Assembly (NCBI GenBank): GCA_965223265.1
Contig: OZ244999.1
Location: forward strand, 5,824,001-5,888,000
Source: Planctomycetota bacterium
GTDB lineage: Bacteria; Planctomycetota; UBA8108; SXIK01
Reading direction: 5' to 3'
DNA length: 64,000 bases
The position numbers and the translations under genes were made by a program. Each line of letters opens with the position of its first letter. The stretch's first letter is position 1. The notes beneath the pieces are model-generated. The model made no database searches and was not told the origin of the DNA. It worked only from the letters and a program-made list of their open reading frames with translations. Of the stretch, positions 1 through 9,815 are shown one piece after another.

Positions 1-16
1 CAAGTTCCCCGAAGAC

Positions 17-1267
17 TTGAAACGCGCTGCACTCGCAACTGGCAACGGCGAACTAGGGCAGGGACTTTGCGTCGAGATCCGTCGACGCGGAGGCCAAAAG
101 CTAGGCGTCCTGTACGTACTTGTCGCTAAGGACGATGATTCCAGAGAACTATTTAGCTTCCTACAATTGGCCGCGCAGCTGCTGGCAGACGTGCTGACTG
201 TTTCGCGCTCCTTCGATCGCGTCCCGCGAGAGTCAACGCCGCTGCTGGTCGAAGACTCGTCGAAGACCGCAAGCCTCGCGGCGACGACGTTCGTCGAGAG
301 CTCTTCTCCCCGGATGCTCGACGTGTTCACTCTGGTGCAGAGAACGCGCGACTCACGTCTTCCCGTGCTGCTCACAGGAGAATCTGGCGTCGGCAAAGAC
401 CTCATCGCACGTTGGGTCCACACTTCGAGCCCCTATCGCGACCGCCCATTCGTCGCCCTCGACTGTGCGGCGATTCCCGAGGGACTTCTGGAGGCTGAGC
501 TGTTCGGCTACGAAGCCGGGGCGTTTACCGGCGCAGACCGCCCCCGGGTTGGACGGCTCGTGGCAGCGGAAGGAGGAACCGTCTATCTCGATCACGTCGA
601 CTCGATCTCCCTAGAGGGACAGACAAAACTCCTCCGCGTGCTCGAAGACGGTGAGATCCGCACGCTTGGAGGAGGGTCGAGAGTCAAGATCGATGCCAGA
701 TTCATCGCCTCGACACAGAGGGACCTGGCAGAACTGGGGGCTCGAGGGCAATTTCGTACAGATCTCTACTTCCGACTCTCCGGCATCCGCCTCAGCATCC
801 CACCGCTACGCGAACGTATCGAAGATATCCCTGCGCTCGTCGCACGCTTTCAACGCCAGGTTTCAGGAGGCGTGCCGGAGTTCAGCTCGGAGGCGCTCGA
901 GGCACTGAAGAGTTACGCCTGGCCGGGCAATGTACGCGAACTCGAATCAATTGTCCGGCGCCTGTCTCTCACGGTGGAAGGAACGGTCAACAAGGAAGAT
1001 GTTGCGCAGGCGCTCGGAATCGAGGAATCGTCGGCGGTCGTACCGCGGTGGTTCTTCGAAGGCAAGACTTACGACGAGGTGCTCGACGTGGTGAAGCGGG
1101 AATATCTGCTCTACCTCTTCGACAAGTGCGAAGGAGACACCAAGCGTGTCGCACGAGAGCTCAACACGACCCGCCGCAACGTCTACCAGCGCTACATGCA
1201 AGCCGGGATTCGCACCGTCGACTTGCGCTCGCAAGGCCCGCACGGGCAGCGAAAGCGCGACGGGTAG
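17..1267 (+). CDS. sigma-54-dependent transcriptional activator (NtrC-type AAA+ with C-terminal HTH); probably 5'-truncated by the window edge
   Basis: Walker A GESGVGKD, ELFGYEAGAFTGA loop, FRTDLYFRL, WPGNVRELE, C-terminal helix-turn-helix; Walker B atypical (YLDHVD). Confidence 0.92.
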   Translation: MKRAALATGNGELGQGLCVEIRRRGGQKLGVLYVLVAKDDDSRELFSFLQLAAQLLADVLTVSRSFDRVPRESTPLLVEDSSKTASLAATTFVESSSPRMLDVFTLVQRTRDSRLPVLLTGESGVGKDLIARWVHTSSPYRDRPFVALDCAAIPEGLLEAELFGYEAGAFTGADRPRVGRLVAAEGGTVYLDHVDSISLEGQTKLLRVLEDGEIRTLGGGSRVKIDARFIASTQRDLAELGARGQFRTDLYFRLSGIRLSIPPLRERIEDIPALVARFQRQVSGGVPEFSSEALEALKSYAWPGNVRELESIVRRLSLTVEGTVNKEDVAQALGIEESSAVVPRWFFEGKTYDEVLDVVKREYLLYLFDKCEGDTKRVARELNTTRRNVYQRYMQAGIRTVDLRSQGPHGQRKRDG

Positions 1268-1347
1268 CCCCCTTCCGAGGTCGTCGGGTCTACTGACCTG
1301 TCGCAGCGACCTCAGATTCGGTCCTGACGAGGGTTTCTACTTGGCGG

Positions 1348-2250
1348 CTAGGCCTCGGGCTCATCGTCGTCGACGCCGTCGAGCGGCGAATCGTCGGCGG
1401 TGAATCCCCGCTCGATGGAATCGTACCCGGCCTCCGCCTCGATGAGGTCGTCATCGTACTGCTTTTCCATCTCTCGTATTTGATTCGCCATGTCATCGTC
1501 CTCTTGCACCACCTTCGTGACCCGAGCGGTCCATTCGTTGCTGGTCGTGCGCAGAGCCGAAAGATTGACCTCGATACCTAGAATCGCCGCTAGGTGTCGC
1601 GTCACGGCCTCGATGCTGAGCGGATTAGTGCCTTTGAGGTAGGCGGGAATCTCGGCGACGATGTTCGCCATGTCGATCCCCCTTTGACCGGCTTGGCTGG
1701 TCAAATACGTCATAAAGCTCCCGGGACCTTCGTAGTTCGTCGGACGCAGGCCAAAGTGCTTCAGCCGATCCTTGAGGCGCGGATCGGATACGGAGACATG
1801 GAGACGAGGCTCTCGCGTATGCGGCACTGTCCCGGCGAAGCTACCAACGAAGTAGATCGACGCGATCTCGAACTCCGCAGCAAAGTCGAAGACACACTGC
1901 CCGAACTCCTTCCAATTGAGGTTCGGTTCCTTGCCGATGAAGAAAGCGATCTTACGATCTGCGCTGGCGTAGAACATGTTCCGTGGAATCTCGAACTTTT
2001 GTACGACGCCTTCTTCGATCTTGATGTGAGGTCGAAAGAGCGCGGAGACTTCCATGTCACCGGGGAAATTGTAGATGTAAAAGCCTTCGGACTCGATCTC
2101 TCCGATGGGCGTCGCGTCGAGCTCATCGACAAACCTTTGAACGGTTCCGGTCGACACGTCACCGCCGTCCATCCATCCAGTAAACGCCAAGAGCAGGCGC
2201 CCGCCGCTCAAACGCGGACGAGAGCCGATTCGCAACTTGCCGGAGGCCAT
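1348..2250 (-). CDS. PAC2-family (proteasome assembly chaperone-like) protein
   Basis: AFTGWMDGG, GKEPNLNW, VPHTRE, YEGPGS motifs and acidic tail typical of the family. Confidence 0.8.
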   Translation of the reverse strand: MASGKLRIGSRPRLSGGRLLLAFTGWMDGGDVSTGTVQRFVDELDATPIGEIESEGFYIYNFPGDMEVSALFRPHIKIEEGVVQKFEIPRNMFYASADRKIAFFIGKEPNLNWKEFGQCVFDFAAEFEIASIYFVGSFAGTVPHTREPRLHVSVSDPRLKDRLKHFGLRPTNYEGPGSFMTYLTSQAGQRGIDMANIVAEIPAYLKGTNPLSIEAVTRHLAAILGIEVNLSALRTTSNEWTARVTKVVQEDDDMANQIREMEKQYDDDLIEAEAGYDSIERGFTADDSPLDGVDDDEPEA

Positions 2251-2645
2251 ATGCTTCTCCCGATATCGTAAGAGTCTCTCCTGGAGAGATCCTATCGCAA
2301 CGGCCGCCAGGGGGAAGTGAAAACGGCGCGGTCACCTTCACGTTAGGATCGTCGAAGTCGCCGATCGCTCCTGTGCCGCCGACTCCGACCCCAAAGCTGC
2401 GGAAGTGGCGGGTAAGAACGGTGCAGAGTGCGTCAGTAGCGGCGCTTCGAGACGCGACGGCACGCGGAGAGCACTTCACTGGACGCGAGCGTTGCCGCGC
2501 GGCCCAAACATCGCTCATGGCGTGCTGTTCGCTGAACCGAAGGCGTTTCTTGCCGTCAACTGCTGGAACATTGGGGTCCGACTTCCTGAATCGACGGTCA
2601 ATCCGTCGAGTCAGGTCTTTCGTCCGTCCGAGAACGGGTGCTCGT

Positions 2646-3593
2646 TCAATCGCCGTCCTCGCTCCGCGACCGAAAATAGTCCGCTACGTATCGGTGCATA
2701 GCTGTCTTGTTGGTATTCCATCGCCAGCAACCTTCGCCATCGAAGGCCAAGTCAACTGTGGGATCGAAGTCGAATGCGGCGAACCCCCGGTGTCGATCAA
2801 GGTAGCGGCGCTGAGCGAGATGTCCGTGGTGCAGATGGAGTAGTCGCCCGTCGACGTATCCGACACGGCCGCCTACGGATTCGCAGAATGGCTCCGCCCA
2901 CGCAAGGTAGTGTTGAGAGAAGGCTCGGTTCATCTGGATTGGGGTGATCGCCCCGTCGAAGTGCGCAACGGCAGCATAGACGATCGCCCGATCGCCACTG
3001 CCAAGAACACACGCGTCATAGAATCCATGTTGCTCAAGAACGTCCCGCCGCATCGCCCACACACTCCCTCCTGCCATTCCGCGTTCACTCGGCATCCCGT
3101 CAAGAAGAGCCAACTCAGCCGGATCTGCACCAATCGCGAGACGTTGTCCTAGAGATTCGATTCGACGTTGAGAAGAACAAGGTATTTCGGCGAGACTCGA
3201 CGGATCGACCTCGACGAATTCGGAAAACGGCTGGATCAGCGCGAACTCTTCCAAGGCTGCACTTGTTGACTCGCCCCAGTCAGGGCGTTCGAGGATGACA
3301 TCGCAGTCGATCCACGCGATCGTACGGCATGCAGGCGGCAGAACCTCTAGCGCCAGATTCAAAAGTCGTTCCTTCTGCCACAAGACGTCGCCACCGCGAA
3401 CTTGCAAAAGAATCTCTGCGTCGCCGTCCTCAAGCACAAAGGGATCTCGACTGAACGCAAGCTCTACAGTGACCAGAGGCAGATTGAGCTTCTTACGAAA
3501 GATGTCATAGTTCTGCCGGCGTCGCTCATACCCGACCGGATTGAAGTACGTAGTGATCGCCCAAAGGTCAGCTGAAGCGAATCGCTGATCCAT
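2646..3593 (-). CDS. hypothetical GT-A-fold glycosyltransferase-like protein
   Basis: AITTYFNP, WQKERLLN, AWIDCD (DxD), GSGD, HLHHG; start taken at ATG 3593. Confidence 0.6.
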   Translation of the reverse strand: MDQRFASADLWAITTYFNPVGYERRRQNYDIFRKKLNLPLVTVELAFSRDPFVLEDGDAEILLQVRGGDVLWQKERLLNLALEVLPPACRTIAWIDCDVILERPDWGESTSAALEEFALIQPFSEFVEVDPSSLAEIPCSSQRRIESLGQRLAIGADPAELALLDGMPSERGMAGGSVWAMRRDVLEQHGFYDACVLGSGDRAIVYAAVAHFDGAITPIQMNRAFSQHYLAWAEPFCESVGGRVGYVDGRLLHLHHGHLAQRRYLDRHRGFAAFDFDPTVDLAFDGEGCWRWNTNKTAMHRYVADYFRSRSEDGD

Positions 3594-3807
3594 GATTTCC
3601 AACGCGCTGCACGCGTGTCCGCGCGCAGACAAAAAAGCCTCAAATCAAGCAGCGCCGCAAACCCGCCCGGCGACCGACGCATAGAATAGCGATCGAGATG
3701 GGGCGGCGCCAGCTCCGATCTCACCGCAAGGCCAAAACGAACATGGTACGGCACGACGGAAGAACCCCCTTCGACTCGACGCGCGCCTAGCGCGCGCTTG
3801 GAGCGAC

Positions 3808-3928
3808 CTATGACCATCTCCCGGAACGTACAGCTCTACTCACCGCCCCCGGACCCAACCCACTACCCCACGTCGGATTGAAGACGATCAAGCAGGGAAA
3901 ACTCCCCCGTTGAAAGTCGGACCATAGC
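3808..3928 (+). mobile_element. orphan right end of an IS1111-type element related to the one at 44346-45999
   Basis: CCCCACGTCGGATTGAAGAC..ATCAAG...CTCCCCCGTTGA..AGTCGGACCATAG closely matches ~45840-45999; followed by degenerate hexamer repeat TGTCTCCGCCTCTGACTTCGCCTC; left limit approximate. Confidence 0.75.
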
Positions 3929-3976
3929 TGTCTCCGCCTCTGACTTCGCCTCCTCCGCGTTGACGCCCCACGACCG

Positions 3977-6900
3977 TCACGTTTCGCAGCCAGCCGAAGC
4001 TCTGCAAGTCAGGTTGTCCGCGGTCGGATCACTGCCGCATTTTCCGTGCGGCGGCGCGAGCACCTGGGCGCCGTCGAACAAATGACGCAGAATCGTCATG
4101 ACATCGCTGAGATCGACTTCGCCGTCGTCATCCGCGTCGGCGGCCTTCCAACACGGCGCCGCGCCGCGCCCTCGGAAGAGATGGTCAATCAAGCGAATGG
4201 CATCTGACAGGTTGATGTCGCCGCTTGCATTGACGTCGCCACGTTCGAAGCGCGTCAACACCTCTCCGGAAACGCGCAGGCGCTCGTACCTCTCCACCGA
4301 TATCGAGTCAAGGACTTCGAAGTTCTCGTCGAGATATCGAACTACGGCTTGAATCCCCAGCTCCGCTTCCGGAGCGACGATCTCGACCACACGCACGGGC
4401 GACGGAAGATCATGAATACGAAGCGAAGGCCGGAGCACAACCCAATATTCCACGCTACGATTATGGCGCTTGGCCGTGTAAATCAAATCCTCGTACGCTA
4501 CAACGTCCCTTTCGGCACCTCGCAGCGACAACTCCGCGGAGACCAAACTTGCCGGACCGCTCAACTCGCTCGGCGGAGCCGGTTCATGCCGTTCCCGCAG
4601 CTGTAAGATCGAACCGTCGGCAGCCTCGATGTCAACTTCCCACAGCGGCAACGTCTCGTAAGTGCATGAGGAATAAGTAACGTCTAAACTGTGTTGTCCA
4701 TGCAGCGACAGCGCACGCGTGAAGAACGCCTCGTCCATGATGCGCGAAACGGCTAAAGGCTCGTCTCCGCGTGCCTCAAACTCGAGGTCCTGAAGGGCAA
4801 GTTCGTACGTATCACCTCCGGGTAGAACGTATGTCTGCTCGTAGCGAAAACTGTAGGACGTCAGTTCGCCTCGATGCGTACGAACGACTCGAAATCTCCC
4901 GGGACTCAAAGGTTCAACAGACGTTCTGTCGGGGCCGATCGTCACTTCTTCGAACAGATCTGCGCTCCACGAATCACTTGTAGTCGGTAAAGGTATGGTT
5001 CCTGGAACAAACCTAATGCGACTCTTCAGCTCGTACGTCGTCCGTGGTGAGCGCGACGTGACGAAAACGCCGCATACGTTTGCTCCGCGTGGAATCTCCA
5101 AGGCGAACGTAGGAGTAGGAAGAGGCGGCGTTGAGCGCAAGAACGGTCGCACCTGCTTGAGAGCCAGCTCGCCGTTGGCCTCGATCTTGAACTCGATATC
5201 GAGAAGCACCTGTCGGCGCGGAACGTCGTCGGCGTCAATCGGAAAGTGGCGATCGACGTGCCAAAGGAGGCGACCAAGCTCCGCGAGTTGAACATCGGAG
5301 AGTACAAACTCCCCTGCGCCGATCAAATTCGAAGGCGAGGCACGAACGATCTCGACAAGCTCTCCTTCCTCGACTCGCAGTAAGTTCTTCTCGGCGAGGA
5401 CGCCAGGACTCGGGCTCACAACACTTTCCTCCCCCGCCTGGACGATCACCACGTAACGACTGTCCTCAGGGCGATTCGGATCTCCAGTGAATGCGACACC
5501 ATTTGCCCGCTCGTTCAGAAACGCCCGGTTCACTAAGACGCCCATGGTGGAGAGCTCTTGCGGAATACCGAAAAACGCTCTCTCCTCGTACGCTCGATAA
5601 TTCCAGTTGCTAGCCCAGACCTTCTTCAACGCCCGTTCGATCGTACGCTCGGAAGCTTGAGTGAAATCACAGTGCGATGGCCCCACGTCATCGGCGTCAA
5701 CGGTGTCAAGAACGCAAGCCGACGTAGAGTCATAGAGACCGGCGCCATTGAATTCCAACACGTCTTCGACATTCGAGGAGGAACGAAATCGCACCGGGAT
5801 GTTGTCAGCGCGGAAGACCTCTCGGATTCGTGCAGCGACGCGCGCGACAACATCAGGAGCGACGACGCCTTGGGCGCGCAGTGTGTCACGGAAGCGTCTT
5901 AGAACGTCAAACCGCAGCTCAGAGTCGCTCTGGAACTCAGCCCAATCCAGGAGCTCCTGCAGAAACTCCTCGTAGGTAACTTGCCGCTCGGAGTCCCGCG
6001 CCGACGGCATGCGATTCGCCCTCAAAAACTCGAGGTAATAGCTCATCGGAATAGCGAAACCCACTTCCTGATAACGCTGTAGGGGACCTGAAAGAACAGA
6101 CTGCAGCCGTGCGAGGTTGGCGGCCTTGCCGCCGTAGCGCGACACCGGCCGAGAGCCTGGCTCGAGCGCCATTTCTTCGAAGCGGTCAAGCGTCGAATAG
6201 TCCTCGTCGACCGTTGGCAGCTCTGAAAGCTGTGGCCGATTCGCAGCCCAGAACTCAGCTGCCTCACTGAGTGAGGCGGCATCGATGCTCCAGTCACCGG
6301 TCCCAACCTCAAGGCGAACCAGACGATCTTCGAACTCGGAAAACAGATCGTGTGCGTTCTCCACGAACACATTCGGAGTGCCGCGACGAGCACTGCGAAC
6401 GGCCAAGTGGCTTAGCTCTCCTTGAGGAGTTGCCGTGACCACTGCTGCGACGATTCCCTCTATGTCGCGTGGCGCGAAGTCCAGCACCACGATGTCCTGA
6501 AAACTGAGGCGACCACCGCCATTCAGCGCGGCGAATTCGCGCTCCGAGATCAGTCGCACGCGCCCATACGCAAGCCCTGTCGTGTATGGTACAAATCCCG
6601 CTACGCTAGGTGGCTCATCCAGGAACACCAAACTCTGGTCAGGCCAGCCAGAGGCATCTTCACGGGTCAGCGCAGCATCCGGGTAGTAAAGCAGCGGTCG
6701 CAGAGAGAAGACCTGTCTCAGTCTCGCCTCGACGCCGCGCACCTCATCGATCGTCGGAAGCTCCCGACGATCTGCATCGAAGTTCGTCAAGACGCTGAAG
6801 CCGTACAGTGGCCCGAAAGAGGTGCGAAGACGGTAGAGATTGCCACTGAAATACCGCCTCGTGGCTCGATTTCCCACCAGTTCGTCGTAAGCCTCAACAG

Positions 6901-9382
6901 CGAAACGATCTGAAAACTCAGCCGCGAGAAAATCTTGATGAAGACGGTACACGTTGACGTTCTGAAACAACGGAGGAAGAGATTCGGAGTCCTGCTCAGT
7001 CGCCGGCACGATGTACTTGCTCAATCGTCGTCTCACGTCGTGACGAACGACCGGAATCGACAACTCCTGAAACTCCAGTGGAGTACACACCCGCTCGAGG
7101 AATGTCCGTTCCGCCACCGTCACAGCTTCATTGAGAATGACGTCGAAGTCTTGAGATGTGTGATTCGCGCTCAACAGGTCAACGTCCCCATCACCATCGA
7201 GATCGCCTGCCATAGCGAAGCGCGGGTCATCGCCGACCTGGAGTTCCAAAGCCGGCAACAACCCACCATCACCGTTGCCGACGATGGCTGCGAGGGCGTC
7301 GTGTCGCTGACTTGCAACGACTATATCCGTGAGGCCATCCCGGTTGATATCGCCTGTTAGCAATGAGTACGGAGCCACGGACAGGTCGATCTCTAGAGCT
7401 AGGTTCAAGAATGCACGACCATCGTTCCTCCACAAGCTGAGCTTCCGAGGTAGCTCGTTGACTGCGGCGACGTCTACGAAGCCATCATCGTCGAAATCGA
7501 GCGTGGTGACGAACTGCGGGCTACGCACGTCGTAGTTCGCGGCAGATTGAAACGTACCATCTCCTCTGTTCAGCAGCATAGATACCGTCGACGAGGAGTG
7601 ATTCGAGACGACGAGATCGGTGGCGCCGTTTCGATCGAAATCGGCGGATGCTACAGATGTCGGGCGAGAGCCAACTCGAATGGTCTCACGTCGTGCAAAG
7701 CGGCCAGCGCCCTCGTTGAAGAGGAAAGTGAGCGCACCTGCACCGGCGCACGCCACAACGAGATCAGCCCGGCCGTCGCCGCTCAGGTCGGCATGATGAA
7801 GATAAAACGGCCCGCTGGCGACCGAATAACTGGCGTCCCATTCGAAGACTCCGGTGCCGTCGCCAAGGAGGACGTGCGCCTGGCTGTCGCTGTCACTAAC
7901 GGCGACAACATCGAGATCACCGTCCAGATCAAAGTCGGCGACTTCCAAAGAAAACAGTCCACTTGCCGTGCCAGCTGAAAACGTAGCTGGTGGCGAGAAC
8001 GTTCCGTCTCCGTGGTTTCTTAGAACAAAGATGTGGTTGCCACCGTCGTTCGCAACGATGTCGAGGTCGAGATCTCCGTCGACGTCGGCGAGCTCTGCGT
8101 GATGCGGCTCCCCACCCATCTCGACTCGACCCGCGTTTCTCATCCTCAAGAGCCCGCCACCACGAATCTCGTCATTCCACAGGATGTTGACGTTATTGTG
8201 CGCCGCGGACAGAACGGCAATGTCCTCGTCTCCGTCTGCATCGAAGTCTGCCGTGCCGAACTGACGAGCGACAACATCCTCGCCGAGGAACGAGGCGCGC
8301 ACAAACGTGCCGTCCCCTTGGTTGACGATAACGACTGTCTTTTGTGGTGCACGGAATGCAGCGATGAGATCAGTGTCCCCATCAGTGTCGATGTCGGCGA
8401 GCTGAAGCGCACTGGCTCGCCGATACTCGTTAGAGACCTGAACCTCGCGCGTGCGGTCACTATCGTCCTCACGAAACAGAATTGAGACGCCGTCGGCATG
8501 TCCAACGGCAAAGTCAAACCTACCGTCGGCGTCGAAATCAGCGATTGCAACCAGCTCGGGACCAGCACCAACGGTAGACAGTACCACCTGAGCGTCCAAG
8601 ACGCCGGCGCCTCGGTTGGGTAACAGGAGGAGCTCATTTGAGTCCCTGCTGGCCACGACAACGTCAACGTCGCCGTCACCTTCGACATCCTCAAGAGCGA
8701 TGCCGCGCGGAGAATCGCCGCTGGTGTACGTGACGGGCGATGCGAAGTCTCCAGTTCCTCGATTCATAAGCAGCATGACAACATTGGACGTGGAATCCAC
8801 AAGCGCGATGTCAATGTCGCTGTCATCATCCAAGTCTCCCAACGCCAGGTCACTTAACCCACTGACGATTTCGATCGAACGGGTTTGACCGAACGTCCCA
8901 TGCTCTAGATTGAAGTGAATGCTGAGTCCTCTTGTGTCGATGGCAATCAGATCAACATCACCGTCGCCATCGAGATCGGCGCCTCGCCACACTCGGCCGC
9001 GTCCTGGAACTGGTTGCTGGCGAGTGGTGTAGTCTCCCAGCGCTGCCCCACCTCGGCTCAGAACTGCGGTCAATCCATCTCGATAACCGACGACTATATC
9101 CGCCCTTCCATCGCCATTGAAGTCGTCGATCACAACGTCCTCGCCAGCCCGTGGCAGCAGAAAGCTGCTGACGGTCATGAAAGGTAGCGTCGCACCTTCG
9201 CACTCGTCCGGAACGCGATTGTCATTACAGTCCCGGCTGAGAGCCGCGGAGATATCGTCTGCGTCCTCTACGCCGTTTCGGTTACAGTCAGCCGCCGGAA
9301 GAGCGATCCTCAACATCGAAACGATCGTCAGTACAGTCCATCGTAATGAGTGAATCGCCCTCGACCGAAGCGTCTCGTTCAT
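3977..9382 (-). CDS. secreted FG-GAP/VCBS repeat protein fused to phospho-His and PEP/pyruvate-binding (PPDK_N ATP-grasp) domains, with C-terminal dockerin-like domain
   Basis: signal peptide, DCNRNGVED repeat, many DxDGDGDxD repeats, GELSHLAVRSARRGTPN, YGGKAANL, FRSSSNVED..NGAGLYDS, VWAS, DIEFK...KQVRP, RGDVNASGDINLSD...ADADDDGEVDLSD. Confidence 0.85.
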   Translation of the reverse strand: MNETLRSRAIHSLRWTVLTIVSMLRIALPAADCNRNGVEDADDISAALSRDCNDNRVPDECEGATLPFMTVSSFLLPRAGEDVVIDDFNGDGRADIVVGYRDGLTAVLSRGGAALGDYTTRQQPVPGRGRVWRGADLDGDGDVDLIAIDTRGLSIHFNLEHGTFGQTRSIEIVSGLSDLALGDLDDDSDIDIALVDSTSNVVMLLMNRGTGDFASPVTYTSGDSPRGIALEDVEGDGDVDVVVASRDSNELLLLPNRGAGVLDAQVVLSTVGAGPELVAIADFDADGRFDFAVGHADGVSILFREDDSDRTREVQVSNEYRRASALQLADIDTDGDTDLIAAFRAPQKTVVIVNQGDGTFVRASFLGEDVVARQFGTADFDADGDEDIAVLSAAHNNVNILWNDEIRGGGLLRMRNAGRVEMGGEPHHAELADVDGDLDLDIVANDGGNHIFVLRNHGDGTFSPPATFSAGTASGLFSLEVADFDLDGDLDVVAVSDSDSQAHVLLGDGTGVFEWDASYSVASGPFYLHHADLSGDGRADLVVACAGAGALTFLFNEGAGRFARRETIRVGSRPTSVASADFDRNGATDLVVSNHSSSTVSMLLNRGDGTFQSAANYDVRSPQFVTTLDFDDDGFVDVAAVNELPRKLSLWRNDGRAFLNLALEIDLSVAPYSLLTGDINRDGLTDIVVASQRHDALAAIVGNGDGGLLPALELQVGDDPRFAMAGDLDGDGDVDLLSANHTSQDFDVILNEAVTVAERTFLERVCTPLEFQELSIPVVRHDVRRRLSKYIVPATEQDSESLPPLFQNVNVYRLHQDFLAAEFSDRFAVEAYDELVGNRATRRYFSGNLYRLRTSFGPLYGFSVLTNFDADRRELPTIDEVRGVEARLRQVFSLRPLLYYPDAALTREDASGWPDQSLVFLDEPPSVAGFVPYTTGLAYGRVRLISEREFAALNGGGRLSFQDIVVLDFAPRDIEGIVAAVVTATPQGELSHLAVRSARRGTPNVFVENAHDLFSEFEDRLVRLEVGTGDWSIDAASLSEAAEFWAANRPQLSELPTVDEDYSTLDRFEEMALEPGSRPVSRYGGKAANLARLQSVLSGPLQRYQEVGFAIPMSYYLEFLRANRMPSARDSERQVTYEEFLQELLDWAEFQSDSELRFDVLRRFRDTLRAQGVVAPDVVARVAARIREVFRADNIPVRFRSSSNVEDVLEFNGAGLYDSTSACVLDTVDADDVGPSHCDFTQASERTIERALKKVWASNWNYRAYEERAFFGIPQELSTMGVLVNRAFLNERANGVAFTGDPNRPEDSRYVVIVQAGEESVVSPSPGVLAEKNLLRVEEGELVEIVRASPSNLIGAGEFVLSDVQLAELGRLLWHVDRHFPIDADDVPRRQVLLDIEFKIEANGELALKQVRPFLRSTPPLPTPTFALEIPRGANVCGVFVTSRSPRTTYELKSRIRFVPGTIPLPTTSDSWSADLFEEVTIGPDRTSVEPLSPGRFRVVRTHRGELTSYSFRYEQTYVLPGGDTYELALQDLEFEARGDEPLAVSRIMDEAFFTRALSLHGQHSLDVTYSSCTYETLPLWEVDIEAADGSILQLRERHEPAPPSELSGPASLVSAELSLRGAERDVVAYEDLIYTAKRHNRSVEYWVVLRPSLRIHDLPSPVRVVEIVAPEAELGIQAVVRYLDENFEVLDSISVERYERLRVSGEVLTRFERGDVNASGDINLSDAIRLIDHLFRGRGAAPCWKAADADDDGEVDLSDVMTILRHLFDGAQVLAPPHGKCGSDPTADNLTCRASAGCET

Positions 9383-9815
9383 CTCTTTCGAGTTCAGATT
9401 CCGTTGCCAAGCTCTTGCGGCGGCTATAGAGAGATGCCGCGGGGTCCTGCGGTGAGATTGTTTCGAGTCGAAAAACCTCGCCGGCGGCGCGAAGCGGCCT
9501 TTCTCCTAACGTGAAACGTCTTTCGCCTGCCCCCAATCTTGCTGGGTCCATTCGATTGTACCTGTTCGCCGTCGGAAAAAATCAGGCTTCCTCGGCAAGC
9601 GAGCCGATTGCGTTCCTATCAAAGCCCAAAGTCGCGTTTGCCGCGTGATGGTCGATCCGCTCCGAAGGCGGCGAGAGACCAGAAACGATCGCGCTGCGAC
9701 GATTTGCCTCACCCGCCGACTGTGTCATAGCCTGTCGCGATCACCGTAGGATGGCTAGGCCAAAGCCGAGCGTTGAAGAACTGGCGGCGGCCGACCGAAT
9801 GGTGAGTTAAGGTCG

